Positions 45,923 to 59,472 of a DNA stretch of 64,000 bases are shown here, piece by piece. The stretch lies in contig BQFW01000004.1 in the NCBI GenBank assembly GCA_020891255.1, forward strand, positions 2,837,439 through 2,901,438, written 5' to 3'. The notes beneath the pieces are model-generated. The model was not told the origin of the DNA and made no database searches. It was given only the letters and a program-made list of their open reading frames with translations. Every line of letters begins with the position of its first letter. The stretch's first letter is position 1. The DNA is from Entomortierella parvispora E1425 (Eukaryota; Fungi; Mortierellomycota). The position numbers were made by a program, and so were the translations under genes.

Positions 45923-48307
45923 ATGTCCAAAAAGACCGAGGCCAAAGCTTCGTCTCAACCAACTGCTCGAGCCACTGCCGCTGCCGATCCAAAAGGCCAA
46001 GGCCAGACCACCGCCCACGACTTGGATACTGCCAAGGATATGCTGACACACAAGAAGAGGGGCGATGCCCTCCTCCGTGAAGACGAACGCGAGGAGCTGA
46101 TGATGAACAAGCTCGACCAGGACGGCAGATCAGATCAGACCTCGCTTGACAAAGAGACAGAGTCCTCTGGATTGTCGGGCAAGGACACCTGGAACTTTGC
46201 CCTTCTCGTTGTATTATGTAAGGACTGGATATCTGTCGACTTGAATGCTCCTCTTCAAACTTCCGTGGAGCTGTTGGAGCCTGGGTGGGGGCTGGTCGTT
46301 TTCTTGGTGCATTGATCGATCCAGCCCGCCGAAAGGAGCTTGATCCTCCCACACGAATACCGTGCGCAGCATCCCGTTCGTGCCTGTCTTTTTTTTGCGG
46401 TTGCAATTCAGTTTTCGTCATCTCTCCCTCCACCTGTGCTTTGTACGGGTGTTTGACGCTACATTTTCCTGCAGATTTGTCGTGTCTCCTCTTTACTGAC
46501 CTTTATCTGTTTCGCAATATAGATCTGCTTCAGGGCGTTCCCGTCGGATTGACATTCGGCAGTATCCCCTTCCTTCTCAAGGCCAAGATGAGCTATTCTC
46601 AGATTGGCATCTTTTCTCTCGCCCACTACCCATACAGCATGAAGTTTCTCTGGTCTCCTATCGTGGATGCTGTCTACAACAAGGACATGGGACGGAGAAA
46701 ATCATGGATCGTCCCTATTCAGTTGTTGACCGGAGTGATGTTTCTGTGGTTGGGCATGAACATTGAGGGCTGGATGGCACAGGATCAGATCGCTGTTGGA
46801 ACGCTTACAGTTGTGTTTTTCGCCCTCATCTTTTTCTGTGCAACCCAGGATATTGCAGTCGATGGATGGGCCTTGACCTTGTTGTCCAAGGAGAACCTGT
46901 CGTACGCTTCAACGGCGCAGACAATTGGATTGAACACGGGATACTTCTTGTCGTTTACAGTGTTTTTGGCGTTCAACTCTGCTGAATTCAGCAACAAGTA
47001 CTTCCGCAGCGAGCCTTTGGACTACGGTCTTGTCCCTCTTGGAGGCTACCTGAAGTTTTGGGCCATGATGTACCTGGCCATTACACTTTGGTTGATCTTT
47101 ATGAAGAAGGAGGATCGCCCACCAGCAGACGAGGAGGACATCGATATCAAATCAGTGTACAAGATCATCTTGAGGATCATCCGTTTGCCCCACATGAAGA
47201 GCTTCATGGTAGTCTTGTTGACAGCCAAGATCGGATTCATCGCCAATGATGCCGTTACAGCGTTGAAGTTACTTGAGAAGGGATTTAGTAAGGAGGATTT
47301 GGCTTTGGCGGTCTTGATCGACTTTCCATTCCAGATTATTTTTGGATACTACGCCGTCCGTTGGAGTTCAGGCGAGCGCCCACTGAAGCCTGTAAGTGGA
47401 ACCAAATACATTGACGACACGAAGGGATTTATGCAAAAAGCTATTTATGAGCGACATGAGCTGTTACTGACTTGTTTTTCTTGTTTTTATAGTGGCTCTG
47501 GGCATTCTTTGCCCATCTTGCTTGTTGTGTGATTGCCATGCTCCTTGTCTGGGGATTCCCTGCTGATGGCGTTGTAACCCCAGCCTACTTCTACATGGTT
47601 CTCGCCACCACCGTTGCAACTTCTTTCACTAGGTATGTATGTCTATCTCCTGATTTGATGTACGAAAACAAAGGAAAAGAACCCAATCCATCTAACAGAG
47701 CCACTCTTTTTTTTTTCGTCACCTAGCACCGTTGCCTTTGTCAGCATGGGCGCGTTTATGACCGTAATTGCCGATCCCTTGATCGGAGGCACCTACATGA
47801 CTGTAAGACCGCCATCTCATGGCAGAGTCCTGCCAATGTTTTTTTTCTTTCATGATTCATGATTCAATGTCTAACTCGAGTTTTCTTTCATCCGACTGTC
47901 CGGTATCATAGCTGTTGAACACCTTGAGCAACTTTGGAGGCACCTGGCCACGATTTTTCGTGCTTGAGGCCGTGGATTACTTTACTGTCTCGACATGTTC
48001 ATTGGTCGACAGCAAGGGTCAAGGTAGGGCATTGTCATTGGATGGTTGGAATGTATAAGGTCGGCGATGACAGCAAGTTTATTCATACCCTCGGTTCTTT
48101 CTAGACTTCTCATGTGCATCCGAACCAGGCAAAGGCATGTGCGAGGACTTGGGTGGCGAGTGCATCTTGAAACAGGACGGCTACTTTTTTGTCAGTTCAA
48201 TGTGCGTCCTCGTCGGGGGTCTTTTGCTTGTCCTTTACATTGCACCCACAATCCGCTATCTCGAATCGCTCAGTCCCAAGAAATGGAAGCTTGAGCAGAA
48301 GCACTGA
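45923..48307 (+). CDS. Acetyl-CoA transporter AT-1/SLC33A1-like MFS protein, ~6 exons
   Basis: Motifs are LLQGVPVGL, YPYSMKFLWSPIVDA, GRRKSWIVPIQ, ATQDIAVDGWALTLL, YASTAQTIGLNTG, IGGTYMT and LSNFGGTWP. The terminal exon ends KKWKLEQKH at 48307. Confidence 0.92.
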
Positions 48308-48451
48308 GTTCTTCTGTTCTTCCTACCGAGTATCGTCCTTCTCTTCCTTTAGTTTCTCAAAGAGCTCACCATCTACTCTAGAGGTCATATTATTCTCATC
48401 TGTAGCACGACCATAGATGACGAGAAAAAAAATATATTTTACAACGATGAA

Positions 48452-51400
48452 TTAATCAGAGTCGCCAGGGTCAGAGCCACTTATACTTCCACTGGAGGAG
48501 TCGCTCTGAGATCCAGAGCTACCTGAGCCCTCACCATCGCTACTTTCGTTGCTACTGCTACCAGAGCTCTCTCCTCCTGCCATGCCAAAGCTTTTGCCTC
48601 CAAACTTCCGAACTGGTGGTGGCTTCTGTGGAGTGGAGGGTTTCCGTGGCTGCTTCTTGGCTTTTGTCTGTTGCTGTGATTGAGCCTGGTCCTGCTGCTG
48701 TTGTTGCTGCTGCTGTAGCTGTTGAGCTAAAAGCTGTCTCTGCTGTAACTGTGCCTGTGAGTTGGCTTGATCTTGGAGAGCGCTACTGACTAGACGTGCC
48801 AGTGCAGAGTTATCGGTTGCAAATGTGTTGTTGCCCTGGAGCAGTGTACCATTTCCTGATCCTGCCAAAGATGCGTTGCCTCCAAGAGTCGCCCTGGAAG
48901 CGGTGGGTTGTGCCGAGCTGGGGGTTGACTCAAAGTACTGATTGTCGTCGATATCGTCGTCGCTTTCATCGCCAAACTCTTCAACTTCGGCTCGACGCAG
49001 CATCTCTTCACGGTAGGCCCCTCCTTTGCCTTTACCAAGTCCAAGACCCATAGGCGGCCGCCCCCCCTTTCCTTTACCTCGACCACCTCCAGCACGAACA
49101 GTTGCTTTTGGTGGAGCTAGCGGATCGTCTGAGTTGTTGTCCTCTTTCTTTTTACGTGGTTTCCGTGCAGCGGCTGGTTTTGCCTTGACAGAGCCCAGAG
49201 CTGTTTCCACTCCTCCTGTTCCAGAGCTAGATGCGCCGACAGAGCTTCCCGTAGCTTGGTGAATTCCACTGGCGTGTGCAACATTCATGGACGCCATTGC
49301 AGATGCAGGATCTAGTCCTTTGGCGATCGACTTTCTCCTTGATTTGATGGGTCCACGGCCCGTCACTCCTGGCTTTAGTGGGTCTGAAAAGCCCATGGTA
49401 GGAGAGAGAGAGCTACCTGGGCTGGAAGATGTCCCAGAGCGGATTGTGGATGAATGTGCGTGAACTCCATTGTTCTTGGTTTCATCAATGACATGTCCAC
49501 CCGTTGCTGCTTTGCGTTGTGCCAGTTGTTGCTGAACTGCCCTTGCCAATGACGATGATCCTGCTCCTCCATGTCGTTTCAATTTGATCACTGTAGCGGA
49601 TCCCCCCGATAAACCAGTGACACCAGCTGCTCCTGGCACTTGTTGGCCCAAAGTGGGAGGGGATCTCAAGTCTTGGATTGCCTGCCTTCCAGCAACCCCG
49701 GGTACAATATGAGATCCAGTCATGCCAGTCCCAACAGGAATGCCGCGATGAATAGCACCGCCTGAGGGGATAGATCGAGAATCACCAGCATTCGAATATT
49801 GCGCGGAGGCTGCCAAGTCTGCGAATGCAACATCGCCACTGTCTACCAAAGTTGTTGCAAGATGTCCGCTTGTCATAATAATCTGATTGCGTGCATCCCT
49901 GCTCACCGTTGTTACAGCTGGTGGCGGAGGAAACTATAGAGGGAGAAGCATTAGCAAGAAAACAACAATGACTAGGACAAAAAGAGTATAATAATCAGCC
50001 GCAGACTCACCACTCGATCGGGCTGGTTAAAGTGCACTGCTGACCACACGGGGTAATCGCGCTCAAGCTGGATTATGACATCTTCCACGATCCGCACACG
50101 CTCCGCAATAGAGCATGAAGGCGAAGCAACTATTGGATCAAGAGTGATGTTAATGTCGATTTAGAGGCAGGTGCATCCGAGCGCATCCTTCCATAACATA
50201 CCAAGGCGGAGATTTAGGTGAGTTTGGATGTTTTTCAAACGCTCGTCCAGACCATTAATTGCAGCGTTGGGATCGTTCATCTGTTGGCTGGTTTTTGGGT
50301 TTGTCTTTGTCAGAGCCTCGTTTTTAACCGTCTCCAGTTTCATCTGAATGGTTCGGTTCAGTTTGCGGGCGTCGACTCTGGCACAGCCATCATCAACCTG
50401 AGAAGGCGTGTCCGACATGTCCCCTTCTCTCGCCCTTCCATTTGTAAACTCCTGTCGATTACTTTCGTTGATTTGTTCCCGCTTCTTGGCCATGAAATCG
50501 ACAATGCTGTTTTCGATTTCTTCTCTAGTAGGGTGGGTATTATCTGTTCGTCTACGTTTGATTGCATCAGAGTCGTCCGGCGTTCCATCAGTATCCATGC
50601 CATTCATATGTTGCCGTTTTGTAGATTGAAACGAAGATGATTCATCCGTTACGTCTCCCGTGAATGACCCCTGTGCAGTAAAGGTATGCTGGAATAAGTC
50701 AGTCGTTGTCTGCCTTGGAAATGCTTTTGGATATCTGCAATGTCTGTACCTGAAGGATTTTCATGAATTTTTCAATGATCCCTGGCGCTTTGTGGCGTTG
50801 TTGTCTAGATAGGACCAGTTGTTCGGCCTCCATCATTCTACTGGACTCCAGAAATCCTAACTGATACATTCGAACATGCAGCAAGCCGACCATCAGCATC
50901 ATGGGCCTACAAGAATAGAGACTGCCAGCCATGTATGACTTTGTTACCTCTGAAACCATGCTTATTAAGATGTCGTTCCAGTGAGTCTGCATTTTAGTTG
51001 AGATGTCCGTGTCCCCATCTGTCCTCAAGGTGAAGAGGGCAATATGTTAATATATGTAACGTCAACAAGCCATGTTCCACAAATGAGAAAGTCAATACCT
51101 TTGGTAGGGAGACTGTGCGCCTTGTCCTTGACTGCAGCTGGCATGTTGGTCATCGACAGTAGATTTAGTGTCTCCTGGGAAGCGAGTTTTGGCTCTATGA
51201 GATCAGACCTTCAATTGTGAGAACCTTGAGATTGAGCTTTTTGGGATTCTTTATGATTTGCAATGTTCTTACCAACGATAGAGGTGATGGGTGAGTTGGA
51301 TGCTGATAGGGTGGCCGCCTCAAAAGAAGTGAAGGTGCCTCCAAGAGATGCTCCTGAGAGTATTGATGGCGTTGACGAAGAAGAGCCCTGCACTGACGAT

Positions 51401-51759
51401 ATCGAAATGTCCTGCTGCATTGTATCCTGTGGATTAAATGCCGATCCTCCACCGGCCGGACCCACAGCCGGACCGGAGAGCATGGTGTTATTCAGGCTGC
51501 CGTCTGACAAATTTCCAACTGCACTTGCAGCGGCTCCACTGTTCAACAGCTGGGCTTGGAGTGGGATTGAGCGATCGGACTGACTTTGCTCCTCCAGCAT
51601 TGGTAGTGTATGTAGGGAGGATGAAGCGGTGGTGTCGGGCGCTGATGGCGGGGAAGGCAATGGCATGGCTATGTTTTCTGAGGTTGGCTTGGGGGGGTTG
51701 GGATCCGACATGACGACGTCGGTCTCTTGGGGATTCGGGCTGGAGCGGTCCGTGTGCAT
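48452..51759 (-). CDS. Low-complexity protein with an MBIP (MAP3K12-binding inhibitory protein 1)-like domain, multi-exon (internal exon structure partly uncertain)
   Basis: Segments IVDFMAKKREQINESNRQEF...GCARVDA...LDERLKNIQTHL and SIAERVRIVEDVIIQLERDYP resemble human MBIP (ISAFIERKQAEINENNVREF...SCARTDA...VEERLQNIEAHL...IYQRIKKLEDKILELE), by recall. The N- and C-termini are Ser/Gly/Lys-rich. Confidence 0.68.
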
Positions 51760-52257
51760 ACAACAGTCGAATGAAATGGAATCGATCCCGGCACCGCGTC
51801 AACAGGTCAGCAGAACCAGAAGGGCTTTAAGCAGCAAGATCACTGAGAGGAGAACGAGCAACCGAGGAAGGAGACGCGTGAGTACGTAGGGTGAAGGCAA
51901 GGGAGAGAGTCAGGGGGAGAGATGGAAGAAAGAAGAATAATGGAGGTGATTCACCTTCATTGACCACACAGCCAGGCGCGAATGGACGTGATTGCATCCC
52001 GTGGAGGACAAGAAGGACGACTGGAAAAAAGGCCGTCACGTGCATGTCGGTGGCTGAAGCAAATGACGGAGGAAGGACCCGTGGCTTTGCCACCAACCAA
52101 CGGAAAAGGGAAAAAAGAGGAGCATGCAATGCAATGCATGCGACTGTCTCTTCTGCTCGTTCTCTTCTCTTCTCTTTACTCCATCCAAGACCTCGGACTA
52201 GGTTCAACTCACTCAGACACCCACCCAAAGGACGACTGCACTTTTCATATATTCATA

Positions 52258-52802
52258 ATGGTCAAGCTGGAAGAAGTCTCCATCGATCATGTCGAGGAAG
52301 AATACACAGACACAGATGCCTCTTCCGTCTACTCCTCAGACGACGACGAGGACGATGTTGATAACATCGAGTCATTCCTCGACCGTGTCTGGGCGCTTCA
52401 GGATGTTATCCCTGCAAAGACCCGCAAGTCAATCTCTGAGAAGTGCTCATCCCTCTACGGCTGGGGCAAGACCAGCGCAAACTTCCTTGGGAATTCAGCC
52501 TGGGTCCTCACCACCAGCGCACTCCTCCTCGTCCTTCCTCTAATGATCGAGATCGAGCACGAGCAGGGTCTTGTCGAGTTTGAAAAGATGCAGCAACAAT
52601 CTAACCAGGTATGATGCTCTCTCAGTTTCTTCATTCGTTTGATGCTCCGATCTACTTTTGTTTCGCAACCGTCGACAAAGGATTGACCGCTTCCATGACG
52701 CCGATCGGGCATCTTTTTTTGGTTTAACCTATATAGATGCTCTCTCAACCTGCTGGACAGCAAAAGAAACAGGCTTCGGGAATTGTTCCTCCGGGATTTT
52801 AA
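52258..52802 (+). CDS. TOM22: Mitochondrial import receptor Tom22, 2 exons (52258-52608, 52737-52802)
   Basis: MVKLEEV is followed by an acidic tract, ESFLDRVWALQDVIP, the TM segment NSAWVLTTSALLLVLPL and EHEQ. Confidence 0.93.
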
Positions 52803-55412
52803 GGATACAGGAGATGGTGGCCTCTTCATCTGGAAAATATTGGAAAACGACAGAAAAACATCGCATTTAGACCCTATTAAAATCAGCTGTGTTGCATGGA
52901 AACCTGAAAGAATGGATATGGGAGGGGTTGCATCAATTTGCATGGAGGGAGTAAGAGTTCCTCTTGTACTCAATCCGTATTCATTTTTTCGAGATCTCTG
53001 CACACCATATTCTCAATCGATGAGCGACAGGGATGAGCCACAGTCTAACCTATGCTTCGCCTATCGTCAGTACATATCCACAAGGCTATCAACGCGACAT
53101 AGTCAATGATACTTTTAATGGGCTGGATTTTTTTTTTCCCTTCCAGCTAGATCCTAACATTTCATGAGGGGCGAAGGACATCAACAAAAAAGAAGAAAAA
53201 GAAAAGAAAGAAGGAACAGCGCACCAGAGTATGAAAGTCTCCAACAAAAAAATCAAATATATGGACAATCTCGTTCCCCAAACAAAGATGGGCCAGGGAG
53301 CATGACATCTACGTGATGTACTCGAGGACGTGGGGCTAGTTGAGAATCACCCAGCCCCTCAGTGACACTGAGAGGATAGAGCTCCCATCAGCGGACCGAC
53401 TTACAAACAAGTGTACACTAGCAGCCGCAACTCTCCATTGCCAGACTGTGTACAGTATGTTGAATAAAGAGAACACATGCACCGAGCATTCACGTATGGG
53501 ACGTACAGGAAAGAAGGTAATGACTTGGCGTCAACTCAAGATTGGACTGCGTTCTCAGTCCATAGACTAGGAAAATACCAGGGTCCAAACAAACAATTGT
53601 AACTCTTGGATGCTCCTTATTTGTTTTGCTGTAGTCCCACATGAGATTGCATGTTCCGGTAAACAACAATGAGGCGTCATGGCATCACCCATTCATTCAC
53701 CACGTGAAATCAATAGTAGATCCATAAGGATTCAACCGCCACTCTGGTTGTCTTCCGTTGGAGCATGCAGGCGAGATGGTTCTGTGTGGCAAAAAGGACA
53801 AAGAAGGGCGAGGGAGAAGTGAGAGAGGAGTAAAGGAGGGCGGGCGGCCTGGGGGGAGGGGATTGTCCACCGTGCCAAGAAAAAAAAATCGCGTCCTCTG
53901 TATGTCCCCACATCATGGTGGGTGTCAAAGTCGCGTTCATTCGGTTATCGTTTAGCTTGGGTGTATTCTGCGCGTTTTAATGATCTCTCGAAACCGTAAA
54001 GGTCAAGAGAAGAGGTGCAGAGCAATGATCTTGTAAGTTGTGGAGAAAGAACATGTGCAGACAGCAAACTACAGTACTGCTGAGAGCAAAAAAATAAAAA
54101 ATAAAAAAAAAATGGGGCGTTTCCACAGCGTGGGAGCCATTATTGTGAGGCTGACTTTCACTTTTTTTTTTTAAAAGCTGACATCAACAGCAGGTGCTCT
54201 TGCTCTTTCAATGATCGTATGATGGATATGGGGAGTGAACTGAGATTATTGTGGAGATGGACTGGCGTCAATGGTTGGACGCGGGCTCTTCGGTTTGTGA
54301 TGTTGTTACTGCAGCGCAAACTTTGACTCTGTTGGGAAGGGTGGCGACGGTGAAAGTTTGCGGGCCAAGAAGTGTCTCGGGGCGAGAGCGACTGTGCGAC
54401 GTGTGCGACAAAAAAAATGGATTCGCCCTCTCCTTGTCCTCCTCCCTGGGTCGTTTGCGCCCCAGAGCAGAGCGGGAAAATCAACAGTCCACGGGCAAAG
54501 GTGAATGATTATTCTCGCTTTTCCATCCCTCCTGCTGTTTTTTCTTGGGGGAGTAGACTGTAGAGTGGAGGGCGCCATTTACTTTATCAAGTCGACCACA
54601 AAGACACAAACAATAATCACAAAGCATACACGCAATTACAATATTCAACGGTAAACGGTCTGGCCTCTTCGCCGCATTCTTCACCGGGTTGTGTTTTTCT
54701 GTCATCCTCAGTGTTGCATTCACTCCTCGACTGTCCCACACAGCGGTGGTGTTCTCTCAGCAGAGGCCTAATCAAGGGAAGAAGGGAACCATCCCTTGCT
54801 CATGAATATACCGAGGTTGAGAAAAACGAAGCTCAGGAACAACGGCTACTCCAAGGCGGAAGGCAGATGTAGGTCCACAAGCCAAAAACATGTCATAGTA
54901 CTGACTGTATCGGATTCAATTCTGCTTTGCGTTCAAGAAGAGCGCCTCCTTGAGACTTGGGTTTGCGCTCCACAGAACCTTCAGCCCAATCATTCAATTC
55001 ACACGCGTTTACTCTATTCTTCCCGAGCTCTTCTTCCTTCGAGAACACCATTCACTGGTGTCGGGTGAAGTTACCGGCCGAGTAATTCGATGGTGTTCAG
55101 GATCCCCTGGAAACGTTGGTAAACTATGGACCATGTTCAATTCATTTGATGGCTACACGGCCTTTTCAATAGAATGCACATAGAGCCGCAACGAATACTT
55201 GTCTATTCTATACCGCCGAGAAAGACTGTAGCCATCGACTTGCGCCTTCTTGATACCTTTTCACCCGTACCTTTTACGTCTCCCCTCCACATGCTTACGA
55301 TTAATCGGCCTTTGTCAGACTGAGCGCCATCAGTGCATGGGTGTTTCTCTTCCTGCTTCTTCTCCTCGGGTAAGGAGCCGTCAACACTATTTGTTCTTGT
55401 CCGTTTCTCGCG

Positions 55413-55419
55413 TATAAAA
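55413..55419 (+). promoter_or_regulatory. Candidate TATA box for the ML-domain gene
   Basis: TATAAAA ~90 bp upstream of the ATG. Confidence 0.45.
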
Positions 55420-55505
55420 GAGTCGGGTATCTCGCCTCTCGTTTCTTTTTTCCTTATCCTCACACGCCCCTCTATCCCCAGCCAACTCAAGACCTCCAAA
55501 CAATC

Positions 55506-56052
55506 ATGAAGTTCATCACCGCCATTGCCGCTCTCTTGGTCGCCGCCGTTGCCCAGGCCCAAGTTCCTTTCACTAACTGTGCCACTGGAGCTACCGACAT
55601 CACCATCGACACCTTCTCGATCGCGCCTTACCCTCTTTGCGTTAACAAGAATGTCTGTGCCACCGGTTCCGGTTCCTTGTCGACCCCAGTGATCGCTGGT
55701 GCCAAGTTGTCGATCGTTGGACGCTACTTGAACAAGATCGTATACACGGACAACCAGGATCTTTGTGCCTTGATGAGCGCCCAGGGATTCCCTTGCCCCA
55801 TCCCCACCACCATGACCTCCATTACTGCTTGCGTGTTGGTCAAGTCCACGGCCCCCGTTGGAGTAAGTCTCGTCCCCACTTCTTTTCTCCGTGATCCAGC
55901 TATATAGAACGAAACGTCTAACAACTCTCCTCGCTTTTTTTGTTCGAATGTAATGTCAACAGATTCCCGTCAACCTGCAGGTCCAGGCCACCAACGGCAA
56001 CGGACACGTCCTTTTCTGCCAGGCTGCCGTTGTCCAGGCCCAGAACTGCTAA
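55506..56052 (+). CDS. Small secreted ML-domain (MD-2/NPC2-like lipid-recognition) protein, 2 exons (55506-55862, 55963-56052)
   Basis: The signal peptide MKFITAIAALLVAAVAQA is followed by FTNCA, PYPLC, DLC...PCP and TNGNGHVLFC, with ML-fold-like Cys spacing. Confidence 0.82.
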
Positions 56053-56401
56053 ACACTGTATCTACATTATTATATATAAGCCTCTCCATCTTTGCTTCTG
56101 GATGGTAATTTGGATGGTGGAAGGCGAGGAATAAAAAAAAAAAAAAAAAAAACAATGTACGCAATGTGGCTGACACAGTAATTGTCCACCTCGTACGATT
56201 GATGCCTATTGCTGTTTATTTTGTCGCTTTAACTCTTCAGCATGCCTTCCTTGAATCAGCGCGTAAAGTTTGCTTCATAGTTTGGCTGAGCATTGCCAAC
56301 ATGATGTCCGGTGCACCAGTCCCCGGATCATGACAGAAATGAACATCCAGAAAATGACCCAAGCTCATGACTTCGTGCCAGGGGGTCCATATTGTGCTTC
56401 C

Positions 56402-59400
56402 TTATCTAATGACATTGGATTTGCGTGGGGACATCCCTTGTATCGCGCCGTTGAAAATGTCTTTTGAGACGACCTTGTCAAGGGGTATCCCTTTCAAGTT
56501 TGCTGGTATAATGAAGTACCGATTTCTCCTACGAGCAGCTTCCTGAGAACATGTTGCTTGTATGTGACGTTGGTGCCGAACGTATCCAGGATCCCTCCTC
56601 CTCCAAACAAAAAAAAAAAAAAAAAAAAAGGGTCTGCGTGCATGAACACACCACCCATAGATCACCAAGTAGCTTGGGTCCTTGTATTCTCGAATCAGGT
56701 CAAAGGCAGCCGCAGCCAACTCCAGGAACCCTTCCTTGTAAGTCAAGAGCCCGCCCTCCATGATAAAGGCCAATCTGTCCTCGATACGTTGGAATCGGGG
56801 GGGGGGGGGGGGAAGAGTTTTCGAAACGCCCCCGACTAGGACGAGTACCGACGAGTTTGGCCCAGAGGGTATCGTCGATAAGTTCCTTATCAGTAGTGAC
56901 GGTTGAGATAAATCCGTTGTCATTCGATACATATCGTTGTTGAGGCGCCTCGTCCACGTCGTCAGATCGTTGTTATAAAGCAAATCTTCAATAATGGACA
57001 CGATGGGCAGAATCGGTGACGCAAGTCGCAATGGAGCCTTTTGTCCACGTCCTGATGAAGAAGACTGGCGAGCTGAGCGCTTGCTTCAACGTCCAGTGCT
57101 ATCCAGATATACCAGGTATCGCTATTTGTGCATCCAGAAAATCAACAAACCATGCTTGCAGTCTTTGCAGTCTCAGGTTCATTTGCTGAAAAATTGGTAC
57201 CTGATATAGAGCAGCTAGACCATTCCAGCTCATAGCAGCCCAAGCCCGCCTCTCAAGGTATGGATGCGAATCTTGATGTCGTCCTGCATTGTTGCAACTC
57301 CTTGGAATTCGTGGAGCTGAACCGGCATGGGCCGAATGGCTGTATGGTCAATCTTGGGAGGTAGTCCATCCTAAGCCTTCCCAGCACTGGAGCATCATCA
57401 TTGTGCGTTCTAAGTAAACTCTCGAGGCATTCAAAAGGTAAAGGTCCCATTGTTAGCTTCGATGATAAAACGCGAAAACACTTCACAGCTTGCCACAGAG
57501 TTGATAGATCAAGTGAAGACACGCCGAATTAAACCGAAAGAAGCTCTATCGGAACCACGAATCATCACCGTCATTCCTCCTTGTCATTTGAAAGGAATAT
57601 TGACAGCTACTACACGACCAGTGGGTCCGCTTAACACATTCTCACCCCACAGAAGACCGAAAATGTGCATAGCCATTCACGAGGTTATCCCCAAAAAGTC
57701 TGACCAAGAAAGATGAGGACCCCGTCCAATCGAATCAAGTGCACCATGGCAAACGGAAAGAGAAGGAACGCCGGCTTATACAAAAAGATGCACTGTTTGA
57801 TCCCTCGGCCAACACTAATATCCATCTCTTGCCATGACGAAGCGGATATTGGTTGCGGATGCCGCGTGGGCAGAGGGTTGGCTTCACAGACAGACCGCGA
57901 TCCACATCGCGCAGGTGTATATCCATTCTCAAAGCTTGTCTCAAAACTCTGGCCAAGAGAGATGAGGGCCCCGTCATCCAAAGTTTGCCACAGCCTTGTG
58001 GTGTTGCTGGGTTGAGGGCATGGAATTACCTTTCAAGGGATCAGCTAGAAAGAAAGGTGAAGAAAGCAACGATGTGAGTGATAGATGTGCGAGTGATGTG
58101 GAGCTGTGGTGATGGGATGTCAACAAATGGAGACGCGAGTCGGGGTGAAGTCGCGCCAAAATGGAAAGGAGGACAATCCACGCGATAATTACGTCACCGA
58201 ATGTGTGGGTCTCTGGTGTGTAAGGGAGCATCAGATCATGGTGCGAGCTGTTATCGTTATTTCCTACTCTGCAAGGAAATAAAGAGACCATGCCTGCCTG
58301 GACCTGCACTTTCTTTTTTTTTTTCTTTTTTGTGGGTTCATAATCGATCTTTGTCTTCCTCGCTCCCCTCTACATCCTTGAATCCCGCTTCTTGGCCTAC
58401 TGCGATAGATATCGATAGATCACCCCCGCCTTTCTGACTGACTGAAGAACAATAATGACAAGATATGGCCATTGAGGTCACGGTTGACCATGCCTTTGCA
58501 CTGCTTCTCCTTGATAATCACCAGACACCATGCCACTCCAGCACAATGCAAGGCCATCTGGAAACAAATGAAGCTGAAAGTCAGCCATAGTTCTAACGCT
58601 TCAGAGCTGGTTGTGGACCCGACAGTCAAAAGCAACACTTGCAAGTACGCGTGAAATCCACCAAGTGCTGAAAAGAGAAGGATGAGAAGAGGGCTATCAT
58701 GGATCGACCTTGAAAAGGCTGCCTTGATCTCATGATCCGTGTCGCAATATCGGCGATGTAATTCCCAGCCCCTTCTCGAACTACCAGGAACTTGGATCGA
58801 ACTTGGTATGCATTTCCGTTGTGAGATTGTTATCCCAGAAATACCGACATGGCATATGTCCCGCTCTCCTTCGTCAGGTCCAGCTTGTTATTATTACCTG
58901 CCGAATGATGAGTCACTTTCCCATATTTCGCTTTGATTCAACAGTAGGCCTGTACATCCTACACCACACAATTGTATGTGGCTCCTTACCTTGTCCTCCA
59001 GTCTGCAATTCATAATAAACCATGCCTTTCGGCCCTTTTCTTATTCTTGCCCTGTCTGGTCGTGACAACGACTCTTTGTCTCCTCGAGAAGTCCTGGCTC
59101 ATGACTTGTCTCCCTTGCACTTCAGATAAGTCATGGGAAAAGCAAATCGAAACAAAGTCAAGTCGTGTCAGCTTTCTTCTCATGTATCGCTCTCCTCCCA
59201 ATCCTTTCTTGCCTTTGTCTTTCCCTTCGTTTCATTTTTCTTCCATCTTGCCTCTTGCATTCCACTCGGCCGCCAACTAAGTGGATATATGAACTACATA
59301 CCCATTGATTGAGCCAGGTTCGGCTGCTTGTCTTCTGTTTATAGTCCTGATTGTTGATGTGGCGCGTTTCGCGTGGAGCCCATCTCTTCTGTTGATAGAC

Positions 59401-59472
59401 TGCCAAACCAAAATGTTCCTCTACATTGTCCTCTTCTAGCTTTCGTGGCCTCTTTCTCTGTTGGAGCACCAC
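56402..59472 (-). pseudogene. Possible decayed multi-exon gene(s) of unknown family
   Basis: Short minus-strand ORF pieces end at donor-like sites (for example ...RTWLNQW|gtatgt near 59300). Stops interrupt otherwise protein-like segments, and no family motif was recognised. Confidence 0.25.
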
